A stretch of 64,000 nt of DNA from Macrostomum hystrix (Eukaryota > Animalia > Platyhelminthes): NCBI GenBank assembly GCA_950097015.1, contig CATNEN010000038.1, positions 17,732,001-17,796,000 of the forward strand. The letters run 5' to 3'. The translations under genes were made by a program, and so were the position numbers. Below, in pieces: positions 29,101 to 42,899 of this stretch. The first letter of the stretch is position 1. Every line of letters begins with the position of its first letter. The notes beneath the pieces were generated by a model. It saw only the letters and a list, made by a program, of their open reading frames with translations, did not search any database and had not been told where the DNA came from.

Positions 29101-32100
29101 ATATGATTTCTAGCCCCTCAATCTTATCCGAAAGTTGTCGTCTATTTTAATTCTGAAGATTCTGGGCATGGTAGCTAAATAAAAATTGGTCAATTTTGAA
29201 TTGTTTTCAGCAGTTTAGTCGGACAAAAGGCGGTTTACGCACATTGCTACTTTCAGACATCATTGGGTGAGGAGTTTTTGGTTAGATGAGGCGATGGGAG
29301 ATGTGGCGACGGAAGATGAGGCAATGGGAGTTTAGGCGATGAGAGATGAGGCGATGGGAGATGAGGCGATGGGAGATGAGGCGATGGGAGATGAGGTGAT
29401 GAGAGATGAGGCGATGAAAGATGACGCGATGGGAGATCAGGCGACGGGAGATGAGGGGATAGGAGATCAGGCGATGGGAGATGAGGCGATGGGAGATGAG
29501 GCGATGGGAGATGAGGCAATGGGAGATGAGGCGATGGGAGATTAGGCGATGGGAGATCAGGCAATGGGAGATCTGGCGATGGGAGATCAGGCGATAGGAG
29601 ATGAGGCGATGGGAGATCAGGCGATAGGAGATGAGGCGATGGGAGATCAGGCGATGGGAGATGTGGCGACGGGAGATGAGGCAATGGGAGATCAGGCGAC
29701 GGGAGATGAGGCGATTGGAGATCAGGCGACGGGAGATGAGGCGATGGGAGATCAGGCGATGGGAGATCAGGCGATGGGAGATGAGGCGATGGGAGATGAG
29801 GCAATGGGAGATGAGGCGATGGGAGATGAGGCGATGGGAGATCAGGCGATGGGAGATTAGGCGATGGGAGATGAGGCGATGGGAGATCAGGCGATAGGAG
29901 ATGAGGCGATGGGAGATCAGGCGATGGGAGATGTGGCGACGGGAGATGAGGCAATGGGAGATTAGGCGATGGGAGATCAGGCAATGGGAGATCTGGCGAT
30001 GGGAGATCAGGCGATAGGAGATGAGGCGATGGGAGATGAGGCGATAGGAGATGAGACGGTGGGAGATCAGGCGGGGGAAGATCAGGCGATTGGAGATCAG
30101 GCGATGGGAGTTCTCTCCCCTCAACCTCCTCCGGAGGAGGAGTTTAGCTCGTCTATCTCTCTAAATATACTAATTTTCACGTGTTGTTTGTCTGTCTGTG
30201 TGTCTGTGTGTCAGTTCGACATCTCCTCCTAGAATACTGGCAACTCAGCGTTGAAACTTATATGGGAAAATGGGAAATTTTCCGAGGAAGGCTATAGGCT
30301 ATTTTAATTCTGAAATTTCAAATTCTATGATCCTCAAAAAAGCAGAAAGGCTATTAAGTAGTATATAGTAGGCAAATGTCCTTCCCGCTGTGATGAAATT
30401 GGCTTTGGTTGAATGAGTTGCGTCAACATTTTGTGCCTATCTGTTCAGTGTATTTTCTCTCCAGTGGAGGGTTGGCAGTCGGTTTGAAAATGGGGCAGAG
30501 AGGAGGCCGTACGCACATTCTAACTGCCTCTGTGTATTGGCGGAGAAAGGGTGCCGCGAGTTATTTCTATTGAGGGGTCTGATTTGTTCAATATTGAAGT
30601 GCGTACAATGGGCAGGGCAGAGTTGGCTGAGTTAAAATTCAATTTATAAAATTTGCGGGCCTCTCAGTGTAGGCGGAGAAGAATGTGCTTACTAAAAAAC
30701 TGGCTGCCTTTTGCAGAAATTTCAACTGAGAATTATTATTTTGCTTTTTTAAGATTTGTGGATAAAATTTGTACTGCTAGAAAGAACTTGAAGTTCTAAA
30801 TCCAGAGATATAAATTTCATTGCTGAATTCCGAAAATTGGGGATGCCAAGGGCTAATAAAGTTTTTATACTTTTGCAATGCTTTCAGCTGAGTGTACAGT
30901 GTCTCCGCTAGATTGCTAAGGAGAGAGAATTCGCCACAATACAGTTTCACACATTCCTATTCTCGAAGGCGGGCTGTTGAATTTTATTTATTGAAATTCG
31001 CACCTCTGACTGAGCGGGGCCCGGAGAACTGGCTGTCGTCAATATTAATGGCTCGGACTTCATCTGTTTTAACGGGTGGGGTTTAATTTAAAGTTGATGG
31101 AGTTCGCGCGATATGATTTCTAGCCCCTCAATCTTATCCGAAAGTTGTCGTCTATTTTAATTCTGAAGATTCTGGGCATGGTAGCTAAAGAAAAATTGGT
31201 CAATTTTGAATTGTTTTCAACAGTTTAGTCGGACAAAAGGCGGTTTACGCACATTGCTACTTCCAGACATCATTGGGTGAGGAGTTTTTGGTTAGATGAG
31301 GCGATGGGAGATGTGGCGACGGGAGATGAGGCAATGGGAGATCAGCCGATGGGAGATCAGGCGATGGGAGATGTGGCGACGGGAGATGAGGCAATGGGAG
31401 ATCAGCCGATGGGAGATTAGGCGATGGGAGATCAGGCAATGGGAGATGAGGCGATGGGAAATCAGGCGATGGCGATGGGAGATGTGGCGATGGGAGATGA
31501 GGCGATGGGAGATGTGGCGATGGGAGATGAGGCGATGGGAGATGAGACGATGGGAGACGAGGCGATGGAAGATGAGGCGATGGGAGATGTGGCGATGGGA
31601 GGTGTGGCGATGGGAGATCAGGCGATGGGAGATCAGGCGATGGGAGATGAGGCGACGGGAGATGAGGCAATGGGAGATGAGACGATGGGAAATCAGGCGA
31701 TGGCGATGGGAGATGTGGCGATGGGAGATGAGGCGATGGGAGATGTGGCGATGGGAGGTGTGGCGATGGGAGATCAGGCGATGGGAGATCAGGCGATGGG
31801 AGATGAGGCGACGGGAGATGAGGCAATGGGAGATGAGGCGATGGGAGATGAAGCGATGGGAGATGTGGCGATGGGAGATCAGGCGATGGGAGATGAGGCG
31901 ATGGGAGATCAGGCGATAGGAGATGAGCCGATGGGAGATCAGGCGATGGGAGATGTGGCGACGGGAGATGAGGCAATGGGAGATCAGCCGATGGGAGATT
32001 AGGCGATGGGAGATCAGGCAATGGGAGATGAGGCGATGGGAAATCAGGCGATGGCGATGGGAGATGTGGCGATGGGAGATGAGGCGATGGGAGATGTGGC

Positions 32101-33195
32101 GATGGGAGATGAGGCGATGGGAGATGAGACGATGGGAGACGAGGCGATGGAAGATGAGGCGATGGGAGATGTGGCGATGGGAGGTGTGGCGATGGGAGAT
32201 CAGGCGATGGGAGATCAGGCGATGGGAGATGAGGCGACGGGAGATGAGGCAATGGGAGATGAGGCGATGGGAAATCAGGCGATGGCGATGGGAGATGTGG
32301 CGATGGGAGATGAGGCGATGGGAGATGTGGCGATGGGAGATTAGGCGATGGGAGATTAGGCGATGGGAGATTAGGCGATGGGAGATGAGGCGATGGGAGA
32401 TCAGGCGATGGGAGATCAGGCAATGGGAGATGAGGCGATGGGAAATCAGGCGATGGCGATGGGAGATGTGGCGATAGGACATGAGGCGATGGGAGATGAG
32501 ACGATGGGAGACGAGGCGATGGAAGATGAGGCGATGGGAGATGTGGCGATGGGAGGTGTGGCGATGGGAGATCAGGCGATGGGAGATCAGGCGATGGGAG
32601 ATGAGGCGACGGGAGATGAGGCAATGGGAGATGAGGCGATGGGAGATGAAGCGATGGGAGATGTGGCGATGGGAGATCAGGCGATGGGAGATGAGGCGAT
32701 GGGAGATCAGGCGATAGGAGATGAGCCGATGGGAGATCAGGCGATGGGAGATGTGGCGACGGGAGATGAGGCAATGGGAGATCAGCCGATGGGAGATTAG
32801 GCGATGGGAGATCAGGCAATGGGAGATGAGGCGATGGGAAATCAGGCGATGGCGATGGGAGATGTGGCGATGGGAGATGAGGCGATGGGAGATGTGGCGA
32901 TGGGAGATGAGGCGATGGGAGATGAGACGATGGGAGACGAGGCGATGGAAGATGAGGCGATGGGAGATGTGGCGATGGGAGGTGTGGCGATGGGAGATGA
33001 GGCGATGGGAGATCAGGCGATAGGAGATGAGGGGATGGGAGATCAGGCGATAGGAGATGAGGCGATGGGAGATGAGGCGATGGGAGATGAGACGATGGGA
33101 GATGATGCGATGGGAGATCAGGCGATGGGAGTTCTCTCCTCTCAACCTCCTCCGGAGGAGGAGTTTAGCTCGTAAATATACTAAAATTCACGTGT

Positions 33196-33242
<47 letters not shown>

Positions 33243-36200
33243 TGGTTATCTCCTCCTAGAATACTGACAAGTCAACTTTGAAACTTATATGGGAAAATGG
33301 GAAATTTTCCTGGTCAGGCTATAGGCTATTTTAATTCTGAAATTTCAAATTCTATGATCCTCAAAAAAGCAGAAAGGCTATTAAGTAGTATATAGTAGGC
33401 AAATGTCCTTCCCGCTGTGATGAAATTGGCCTCGGTTAAATGAGTTGCGTCATCATTTTGTGCCTATCTGTTTAGTGTATTTTCTCTCCAGTGGAGGGTT
33501 GGCAGTCGGTTTGAAAATGGGGCGGAGAGTTGGCCGTACGCACATTCTAACTGCCTCTGTGTATTGGCGGAGAGAGGGTGCCGCGAGTTATTTCTATTGA
33601 GGGGTCTGATTTGTTCAATATTGAAGTGCGTACAATGGGCAGGGCAGAGTTGGCTGGGTTAAAATTCAATTGATAAAATTGCGGGCCTCTCAGTGTAGGC
33701 GGAGAAGAATGTGCTTACTAAACTGGCTGCCTTTTGCAGAAATTTCAACTGAGAATTATTATTTTGCTTTTTTAAGATTTGTGGATAAAATTTGTACTGC
33801 TGGAGAGAACTTGAAGTTCTAAATCCAGAGATATAAATTTCATTGCTGAATTCCGAAAATTGGGGATGCCAAAGGCAAATAAAGTTTTTATACTTTTGCA
33901 ATGCTTTCAGCTGAGTGTACAGTGTCTCGGCGAGATTGCTAAGGAGAGAGAATTCGCCACAATACAGTTTCACACATTCCTATTCTCGAAGGCGGGCTGT
34001 TGAATTTTATTTATTGAAATTCGCACCTCTGACTGAGCGGGGCCCGGAGAACTGGCTGTCGTCAATATTAATGGCTCGGACTTCATCTGTTTTAACGGGT
34101 GGGGTTTAATTTAAAGTTGATGGAGTTCGCGCGATATGATTTCTAGCCCCTCAATCTTATCCGAAAGTTGTCGTCTATTTTAATTCTGAAGATTCTGGGC
34201 ATGGTAGCTAAAGAAAAATTGGTCAATTTTGAATTGTTTTCAACAGTTTAGTCGGACAAAAGGCGGTTTACGCACATTGCTACTTTCAGACATCATTGGG
34301 TGAGGAGTTTTTGGTTAGATGAGGCGATGGGAGATGTGGCGACGGGAGATGAGGCAATGGGAGTTTAGGCGATGAGAGATGAGGCGATGGGAGATGAGGC
34401 GATGGGAGATGAGGCGATGAGAGATGAGGCGATGAAAGATGACGCGATGGGAGATCAGGCGACGGGAGATGAGGGGATAGGAGATCAGGCGATGGGAGAT
34501 GAGGCGATGGGAGATGAGGGGATGGGAGATCAGGCGATGGGAGATCAGGCGATGGTAGATGAGGCGATGAAAGATGAGGCGATGAGAGATCAGGCGACGG
34601 GAGATGAGGGGATGGGAGATCAGGCGATGGGAGATCAGGCGATGGGAGATCAGGCGACGGGAGATGAGGGGATGGGAGATCAGGCGATGGGAGATCAGGC
34701 GATGGGAGATCAGGCGATGGGAGATGTGGCGACTGGAGATGAGGTGATGGGTGATCAGGTGAAGGGAGATGAGGCGATGGGAGATGAGGCGATGGGAGAT
34801 GAGACGATGGGAGATCAGGCAATGGGAGATCAGGCGATGGGAGATTAGGCGATGGGAGATTAGGCGATGGGAGATGAGGCGATGGGAGATTAGGCGATGG
34901 GAGATCAGGCGATTGGAGATCAGGCGATTGGAGATGAGGCGATGGGAGATCAGCCGATGGGAGATCAGGCGATGGGAAATCAGGCGATGGGAGATGAGGC
35001 GATGAGAGATGAGGCAATGGGAGATGAGACGATGGGAGATCAGGCAATGGGAGATCAGGCGATGGGAGATGAGGCGATGGGAGATGAGGCGATGGGAGAT
35101 TAGGCGATGGGAGATGAGGCGATGGGAGATTAGGCGATGGGAGATCAGGCGATTGGAGATGAGGCGATGGGAGATCAGCCGATGGGAGATCAGGCGATGG
35201 GAAATCAGGCGATGGGAGATGAGGCGATGGGAGATGAGGCAATGGGAGATGAGACGATGGGAGATCAGGCAATGGGAGATCAGGCGATGGGAGATGAGGC
35301 GATGGGAGATGAGGCGATGGGAGATTAGGCGATGGGAGATGAGGCGATGGGAGATTAGGCGATGGGAGATCAGGCGATTGGAGATGAGGCGATGGGAGAT
35401 CAGCCGATGGGAGATCAGCCGATGGGAGATTAGGCGATGAGAGATGAGGCGATGGGAGATCAGGCAATGGGAGATCTGGCGATGGGAGATCAGGCGATAG
35501 GAGATGAGGCGATGGGAGATGAGGCGATGGGAGATGAGACGGTGGGAAATCAGGCGGGGGAAGATCAGGCGATTGTAGATCAGGCAATGGGAGTTCTCTC
35601 CCCTCAACCTCCTCCGGAGGAGGAGTTTAGCTCGTAAATATACTAAAATTCACGTGTTGTTTGTCTGTCTGTCTGTCTGTCTGTTGGTTATCTCCTCCTA
35701 GAATACTGACAAGTCAACTTTGAAACTTATATGGGAAAATGGGAAATTTTCCTGGTCAGGCTATAGGCTATTTTAATTCTGAAATTTCAGATTCTAAGAT
35801 CCTCAAAAAAGCAGAAAAATGATTTCGTAACCTTCTCTGGACACTTTTTTCTTTTGAGCTGAGAAAACTGGAGTCGGTAAAAGTGGTTGCGCTATCATTT
35901 CGGCCTATCTGTTTAGTGTATTTTCTCTCCAGTGGAGGGTTGGCAGTCGGTTTGAAAATGGGGCGGAGAGGTGGCCGTACGCACATTCTAACTGTCCCTG
36001 TGTATTGGCAGATAGAGGGTGCCGCGAGTTATTTCTATTGAGGGGTCTGATTTGTTCAATATTGAAGTGCCTACAATGGGCTGGGGCGGAGTTGGTGGGG
36101 TTAAAATTCTATTAATAAACTTGGCAGGCCTCTCACTGTAGGCGGAGAAGAATGTGCTTGCTAAACTGGCTGCCCTATGCGCTAAAGGCAATGAAATTTC

Positions 36201-39200
36201 AACTGTGAATTGTGCTTTTGCTTTTTAACATTTGAAAAGAACTGAGGCGATTTGTGATCAGGCAATGGGAGATCAGGCGATGGGAGATGAGGCGATGGGA
36301 GATCAGGCGATGGGAGATGAGGGGATGGGAGATCAGGCGACGGGAGATGAGCCGATGGGAGATCAGGCGATGGGAGATCAGGCGATGGGAGATGAGGCGA
36401 TGGGAGATCAGGCGATGGGAGATCAGGCGATGGGAGATGTGGCGACGGGAGATGAGGCAATGAGAAATGAGGCGATAGGAGATCAGGCGATGGGAGATCA
36501 GGCGATGGGAGATGTGGCGACGGGAGATGAGGCAATGAGAAATGAGGCGATGGGAGATGAGGGGATGGGAGATCAGGCGACGGGAGATGAGGCGATGGGA
36601 GATCAGGCGACGGGAGATGAGCCGATGGGAGATCAGGCGATGGGAGATCAGGCGATGGGAGAAGAGGCGACGGGAGATGAGGCAATGAGAAATGAGGCGA
36701 TGGGGGATCAGGCGATAGGAGATGACGCGATGGGAGATCAGGCGATGGGAGATCAGGCGATAGGAGATGACGCGATGGGAGATCAGGCGATGGGAGATCA
36801 GGCGACGGGAGATGAGGCGATGGGAGATCAGGCGACGGGAGAAGAGCCGATGGGAGATCAGGCGATGGGAGATCAGGCGATGGGAGATGAGGCGATAGGA
36901 GATCAGGCGATGGGAGATCAGGCGATGGGAGATGTGGCGACGGGAGATGAGGCAATGAGAAATGAGGCGATGGGAGATCAGGCGATAGGAGATGTGGCGA
37001 CGGGAGATGAGGCGATGGGAGATCAGGCGATGGGAGATGAGGCGATGGGAGATTAGGCAATGCGAGATGTGGCGACGGGAGATGAGGCGATGGGAGATTA
37101 GGCGATGGGAGATGAGGCGATGGGAGATGAGGCGATGGGAGATGAGGCGATGGGAGATGAGGCGATTGGAGATGAGGCGATGGGAGATGAGGCGATGGGA
37201 GATGAGGCGATTGGAGATGAGGCGATGGGAGATCAGCCGATGGGAGATCAGCCGATGGGAGATCAGCCGATGGGAGATTAGGCGATGGGAGATGAGGCGA
37301 TGGGAGATCAGGCGATGGGAGATGAGGCGATGGGAGATGAGGCGATGGGAGATGAGGCGATGGGAGATGAGGCGATGGGAGATCAGGCGATGGGAGATGA
37401 GGCGATGGGAGATTAGGCGATGGGAGATCAGGCGATAGGAGATGACGCGATGGGAGATCAGGCGATGGGAGATCAGGCGATAGGAGATGACGCGATGGGA
37501 GATCAGGCGATGGGAGTTCTCTCCCCTCAACCTCCTCCGGAGGAGGAGTTTAGCTCGTAAATATACTAATTTTCACGTGTTGTTTGTCTGTCTGTGTGTG
37601 TGTGTGTGTGTCAGTTCGACATCTCCTCCTAGAATACTGGCAACTCAGCGTTGAAACTTATATGGGAAAATGGGAAATTTTCCGAGGAAGGCTATAGGCT
37701 ATTTTAATTCTGAAATTTCAAATTCTATGATCCTCAAAAAAGCAGAAAGGCTATTAAGTAGTATATAGTAGGCAAATGTCCTTCCCGCTGTGATGAAATT
37801 GGCCTCGGTTAAATGAGTTGCGTCAACATTTTGTGCCTATCTGTTTAGTGTATTTTCTCTCCAGTGGAGGGTTGGCAGTCGGTTTGAAAAAAATGGGGCG
37901 GAGAGGTGGCCGTACGCACATTCTAACTGTCCCTGTGTATTGGCGGAGAGAGGGTGCCGTTAGTCAGTTCTATTGAGGGGTCTGATTTGTTCAATATTGA
38001 AGTGCGTTTAATGGGCAGGGCAGAGTTGGCTGGGTTGAAAATAAATTTTAAAATTTGCGGGCCTCTCAGTGTAGGCGGAGAAGAATGTACTTAATAAAAA
38101 ACTGGCTGCCTTTTGCAGAAATTTCAACTGAGAATATTCTTTTGCTTTTTTAAGATTTGTGGATAAAATTTGTACTGCTGGAGAGAACTTGAAGTTCTAA
38201 ATCCAGAGATATAAATTTCATTGCTAAATTCCGAAAATTGGGGATGCCAAGGGCAAATAAAGTTTTTATACTTTTGCAATGCTTTCAGCTGAGTGTACAG
38301 TGTCTCGGCGAGATTGCTAAGGAGAGAGAATTCGCCACAATACAGTTTCACACATTCCTATTCTCGAAGGCGGGCTGTTGAATTTTATTTATTGAAATTC
38401 GCACCTCTGACTGAGCGGGGCCCGGAGAACTGGCTGTCGTCAATATTAATGGCTCGGACTTCACCTGTTTTAACGGGTGGGGTTTAATTTAAAGTTGATG
38501 GAGTTCGCGCGATATGATTTCTAGCCCCTCAATCTTATCCGAAAGTTGTCGTCTATTTTAATTCTGAAGATTCTGGGCATGGTAGCTAAATAAAAATTGG
38601 TCAATTTTGAATTGTTTTCAGCAGTTTAGTCGGACAAAAGGCGGTTTACGCACATTGCTACTTTCAGACATCATTGGGTGAGGAGTTTTTGGTTAGATGA
38701 GGCGATGGGAGATGTGGCGACGGAAGATGAGGCAATGGGAGTTTAGGCGATGAGAGATGAGGCGATGGGAGATGAGGCGATGGGAGATGAGGCGATGGGA
38801 GATGAGGTGATGAGAGATGAGGCGATGAAAGATGACGCGATGGGAGATCAGGCGACGGGAGATGAGGGGATAGGAGATCAGGCGATGGGAGATGAGGCGA
38901 TGGGAGATGAGGCGATGGGAGATGAGGCAATGGGAGATGAGGCGATGGGAGATTAGGCGATGGGAGATCAGGCAATGGGAGATCTGGCGATGGGAGATCA
39001 GGCGATAGGAGATGAGGCGATGGGAGATCAGGCGATAGGAGATGAGGCGATGGGAGATCAGGCGATGGGAGATGTGGCGACGGGAGATGAGGCAATGGGA
39101 GATCAGGCGACGGGAGATGAGGCGATTGGAGATCAGGCGACGGGAGATGAGGCGATGGGAGATCAGGCGATGGGAGATCAGGCGATGGGAGATGAGGCGA

Positions 39201-40418
39201 TGGGAGATGAGGCAATGGGAGATGAGGCGATGGGAGATGAGGCGATGGGAGATCAGGCGATGGGAGATTAGGCGATGGGAGATGAGGCGATGGGAGATCA
39301 GGCGATAGGAGATGAGGCGATGGGAGATCAGGCGATGGGAGATGTGGCGACGGGAGATGAGGCAATGGGAGATTAGGCGATGGGAGATCAGGCAATGGGA
39401 GATCTGGCGATGGGAGATCAGGCGATAGGAGATGAGGCGATGGGAGATGAGGCGATAGGAGATGAGACGGTGGGAGATCAGGCGGGGGAAGATCAGGCGA
39501 TTGGAGATCAGGCGATGGGAGTTCTCTCCCCTCAACCTCCTCCGGAGGAGGAGTTTAGCTCGTCCTATATAAATCCCAGCTCGATAGTTCTACTGCTATT
39601 TTATTATGCTTTTTAATTTTTCTGCGTCACTAAATTAAAATAATGTATCCTTCACAATTTTTCTATGTAAATAGAAATAGCAATTATGCAAAAGGCCTCT
39701 TCACATAATTCCTTCAATCAATGATTCTTACAGCTTATATCATCATTCTAAATCTCTAAATTAATTACTAAACTTTAATAGCTGCATTTACGACAATGTC
39801 AAAGCGCCTTTTAAACCATAGAACTGAGCATATTCGCTTCGTGAAATGAGGCACAGAAGGGCAGGAAATATAGAAATTTATACGTGTTGAGGCCTTTTTC
39901 TAATAAATTTCAATTCATAACTTTTCATTTCCGACTTTCCTTAATCATTTACACAAAATTTACTTAGCAAATAAGAATTTCTTCCTAGGAGATATTTGAA
40001 ATGGTGAGGGGTGAATAAGAGTTCTCAGGGGAGATTGCAAAGTGTGAGCGGGTGACTGAGGTGCAGGGATTTTAGGGGACATCGCAAGGCTCCACATGGA
40101 AAGCGATATTGGAGTACGAAAAACCAATTATTGCATAAAAAATGGGCGCACACTGACTGGGGCGGTGAGGAGGCGGGCTGCTCAATCTTTTTAGTATTTT
40201 TAATTATCGAAAATCGCACCTCTGCCTTGGCGGAGAGAGGAATGTGCTTACAAACAGAGCTGGTCCGGGGCTACCTTACTGCCCTCAAATGGACTACTCT
40301 GAGTTCACCTGATTCAAAGTGCACGGAGTTCTCTTTGCATAGTTAGAATTTGACGGATGGAATTCAGGCGATGGGAGTTCTATCCCCTCAACTTCCTCCG
40401 GAGGAGGAATTCCGCTCG
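26147..40418 (+). mobile_element. Head-to-tail array of seven non-autonomous Helitron-like elements: E1 ~26147-28146, E2 28147-30151, E3 30152-33172, E4 33173-35634, E5 35635-37557, E6 37558-39562, E7 39563-40418
   Basis: E1-E6 each have a 5' (TC..)TAAATATACTAA end, a (GTCT/GT)n microsatellite, ATAGGCTATTTT, a conserved body and a 15-bp minisatellite. All seven end in a GC hairpin (CTCCTCCGGAGGAG or a variant) followed by CTCG and a T. There are no TIRs, no TSDs and no Rep/helicase ORF. E7 has a different 5' part but the same 3' end. Confidence 0.75.
26780..39521. repeat. Six arrays of the 15-bp unit GGCGATGGGAGAT(C/G)A inside E1-E6 (~26780-28104, 29284-30110, 31294-33131, 34316-35593, 36244-37516, 38695-39521)
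   Basis: Directly visible. These arrays are the source of the PSPHL, RLISH and MGDEA ORFs. Confidence 0.97.
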
Positions 40419-40779
40419 TAGTTGTCTATTTTCCCATGCGGACTACAAAACAGGTATAAAAATAAGTATAGAGTTTTTAAAGGCAATATTTTCTATCTGG
40501 CCCCGCTTTACCACGTCTCGCTCTAAAATATTACGTCCACTAATAGTTTAGTTTATTGTCAACAAACGACATAGGGTGATCTGTGCAATGATACCCTAAC
40601 CGGAAGATACGATCCTAAAACGTATAATAAATTGTAAGAAAATCGAGTACTTAGCTATAAAGTTTTCCCAGACAATTAAAAAGAGCAGACGAATTGACTA
40701 TAGCAGCAAGAACACCTGTTCAGATCAGAACCAATCTATTAGTGCACCAAGAGCCCCATAAGAAATAAACAATAAAGCC

Positions 40780-41796
40780 TTAATCATCTGGCAGATCGAA
40801 GTCAACCTCAACCAGTTTGTTTAGGTCGTCCAGCAGATCGTTTAGCAGAGTTTCGGCGCTAGACAACAAAGTGGTCAACGCATCAGACAGGTTACGAAAA
40901 CGGTTACCAGCTCTCTTAGATAAGTCCTTAGATAATGCGCCAGAGATTGCGTCTAATCTATTACGACAGGACTCCAAATCGGCGGTGACAGATCTGGTGC
41001 GTTTGACCAGTGCGCCTAGAAACGCGGACCGAAGATCTCGCGGTACGAAGCCCTGCGTATAGTCGTAGAATTCCTCGCGCAGCTGGTCTAGCTGCTGTTC
41101 AAGATCTACAGTAGATTTCTCTACGGCTTCAATTGTGGCCATTGCGTCTGCATCGGCCGGGTCGATTGCCTTTATTTCGATTGCCAGAATGAAAAATTGA
41201 GAATTTCGTCACTTTAGTCATATGACTATGAAGAGCTAACTAGGACTGTGCAGTGTCATGTACAGTAAATTGTTTGGGGTAGGCGGCGCTGCGTCAGTTT
41301 AAGTTATCGTACAGTCTCCGTAAATCACGTGACTTCTTATCGTGCGCGTCTCCTCCTGTCCTCTACCCCGTACCTCTACCCTCCATACTTATGGAGGGGT
41401 GTTGCGTAATATTTGCCGCATTGTGAGTTTACAAGGAAATATATAATAACAGGAAATGTCATTGATAGACATTATTTACAATGTCTTGAAGATCTTTAAA
41501 CTGATCCAAATTAATGGCAATGGCCTTACCTTGTTTCCAATCAGCATGATCTTATCATTTGATTTTAAACCTTGTTCGGATAGACAGCCAGATCGAAGCG
41601 ACTTGCCTAAAATTAAAGGCGAAATTATATGCAGTATTATAACATAAAAATATATGTTTATTATCCGGTCTAACTAATAACTTACCTCTATAAATCAGTT
41701 TCTGAAATTCGACTGGCACACCTATTTCGTTAGCAACTAGCTCAGATAGCGATTCGAACGAGTCTTCGGTGCAGTCAATCAGGATTTTGCTGCTAA
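40780..41796 (-). CDS. BAG1: BAG family co-chaperone BAG1-like (ubiquitin-like plus BAG domain); 5' end unresolved
   Basis: Exons 41796-41686, 41606-41530 and 41169-40780 join in phase. They give VANEIGVPVEFQKLIYRG|KSL...KIMLIGNK (Ubl, compare BAG1 GVPQSFQKLIFKGKSL...VMLIGKK) and EKSTVDLEQQLDQL...QGFVPRDL (BAG domain, compare QGFLPKDL). Confidence 0.85.
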
Positions 41797-42899
41797 CTGA
41801 AATTTAAGGAATGATGTATTGTTTACAATTTATTATTATTGTGTTTTTACTTATCGAGCAATATAGCCGAAAATAGTGTATATAGCTATATCGCCAGAAT
41901 ATATTGCACAAACTCATCTTCAAATTATAGCTATGTGCAAGTAATGACATCAATAGACAATCTAAAAAATATGTAGCTTTTCTAAGTGTGTCATATTAAA
42001 ATAAAAAGAAAAGTACTTTCACGGAAAATTGTAGAGGGAAAATTTACAGACTACTTTTTATTGTTTAAATAGTTTTTTACAATAATTTAAACAATAAAAA
42101 TCGTTCCATGTCGTCATGGGCGCACTATAAAGTTTGCGTATCCCTTACCTCAAACTTAGGGGCTGTGAAATTTAGACTGCTGAGATAGGAGCTAAATCAA
42201 ACTTATCTCACGAAAGATTTATAATACGACCCATTTAAAATTAACAAGGTGATCACTATAATAAATGTTTTTCGTATTATTTCTTCATTTAGAATATTCT
42301 CTTCAGAAGCAGAAATTTCATAAACTCATAAGACAATTTATGCTCATCTTATATATTGCTCTACTGTCAGCTCTACTTCACTTTTGCCTAGCTTTCATTT
42401 CTATTATGCTTTTTATAATGACATAAGATATCATATAATGGAAAGCTAGAAGTTAAGTAAAAAATAATAAACTTACGATAGAGAACAGTGAGCTTCATGG
42501 TGTTTTAATATTGTATCTCCATTGTTACACATTAAGTTAAAATTAGTTTTATGTTTTTTTGCATTACATTTGATAGCATGAAAAACGTGCACGCGCCTGT
42601 CTTTCCAGAAAACAAATGCGCGCAATTTTTATCCGCTGTGAAGAAAAACAAAAACTTTTTTATAGAATAAAAAATATACATTAAAAATAGTTTTCTTAAT
42701 TTTAAGGAGTCTAAAATAATAACTTCTATAGTTATTTGTAAACAATTTAATCAAATGTGCTACGATTTTGTGGAATGTCTACTGCGTCAAACGTTTATTT
42801 AACAAATCTTTTTTTAAACATTTTTGGGACAACGGTCGACTTCGAAATTTTTCAAAAAAAATCGCAATCTCATAAACGAACTAAATCGTTTAAGGGAGA

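Noticed and set aside
26711-39616. Long ORFs (PSPHL/PSPDL extensin-like, RLISH, MGDEA, RRWE) of up to 617 aa
   Set aside because: They are translations of a 15-bp minisatellite that is open in several frames on both strands, inside repeated non-coding elements.
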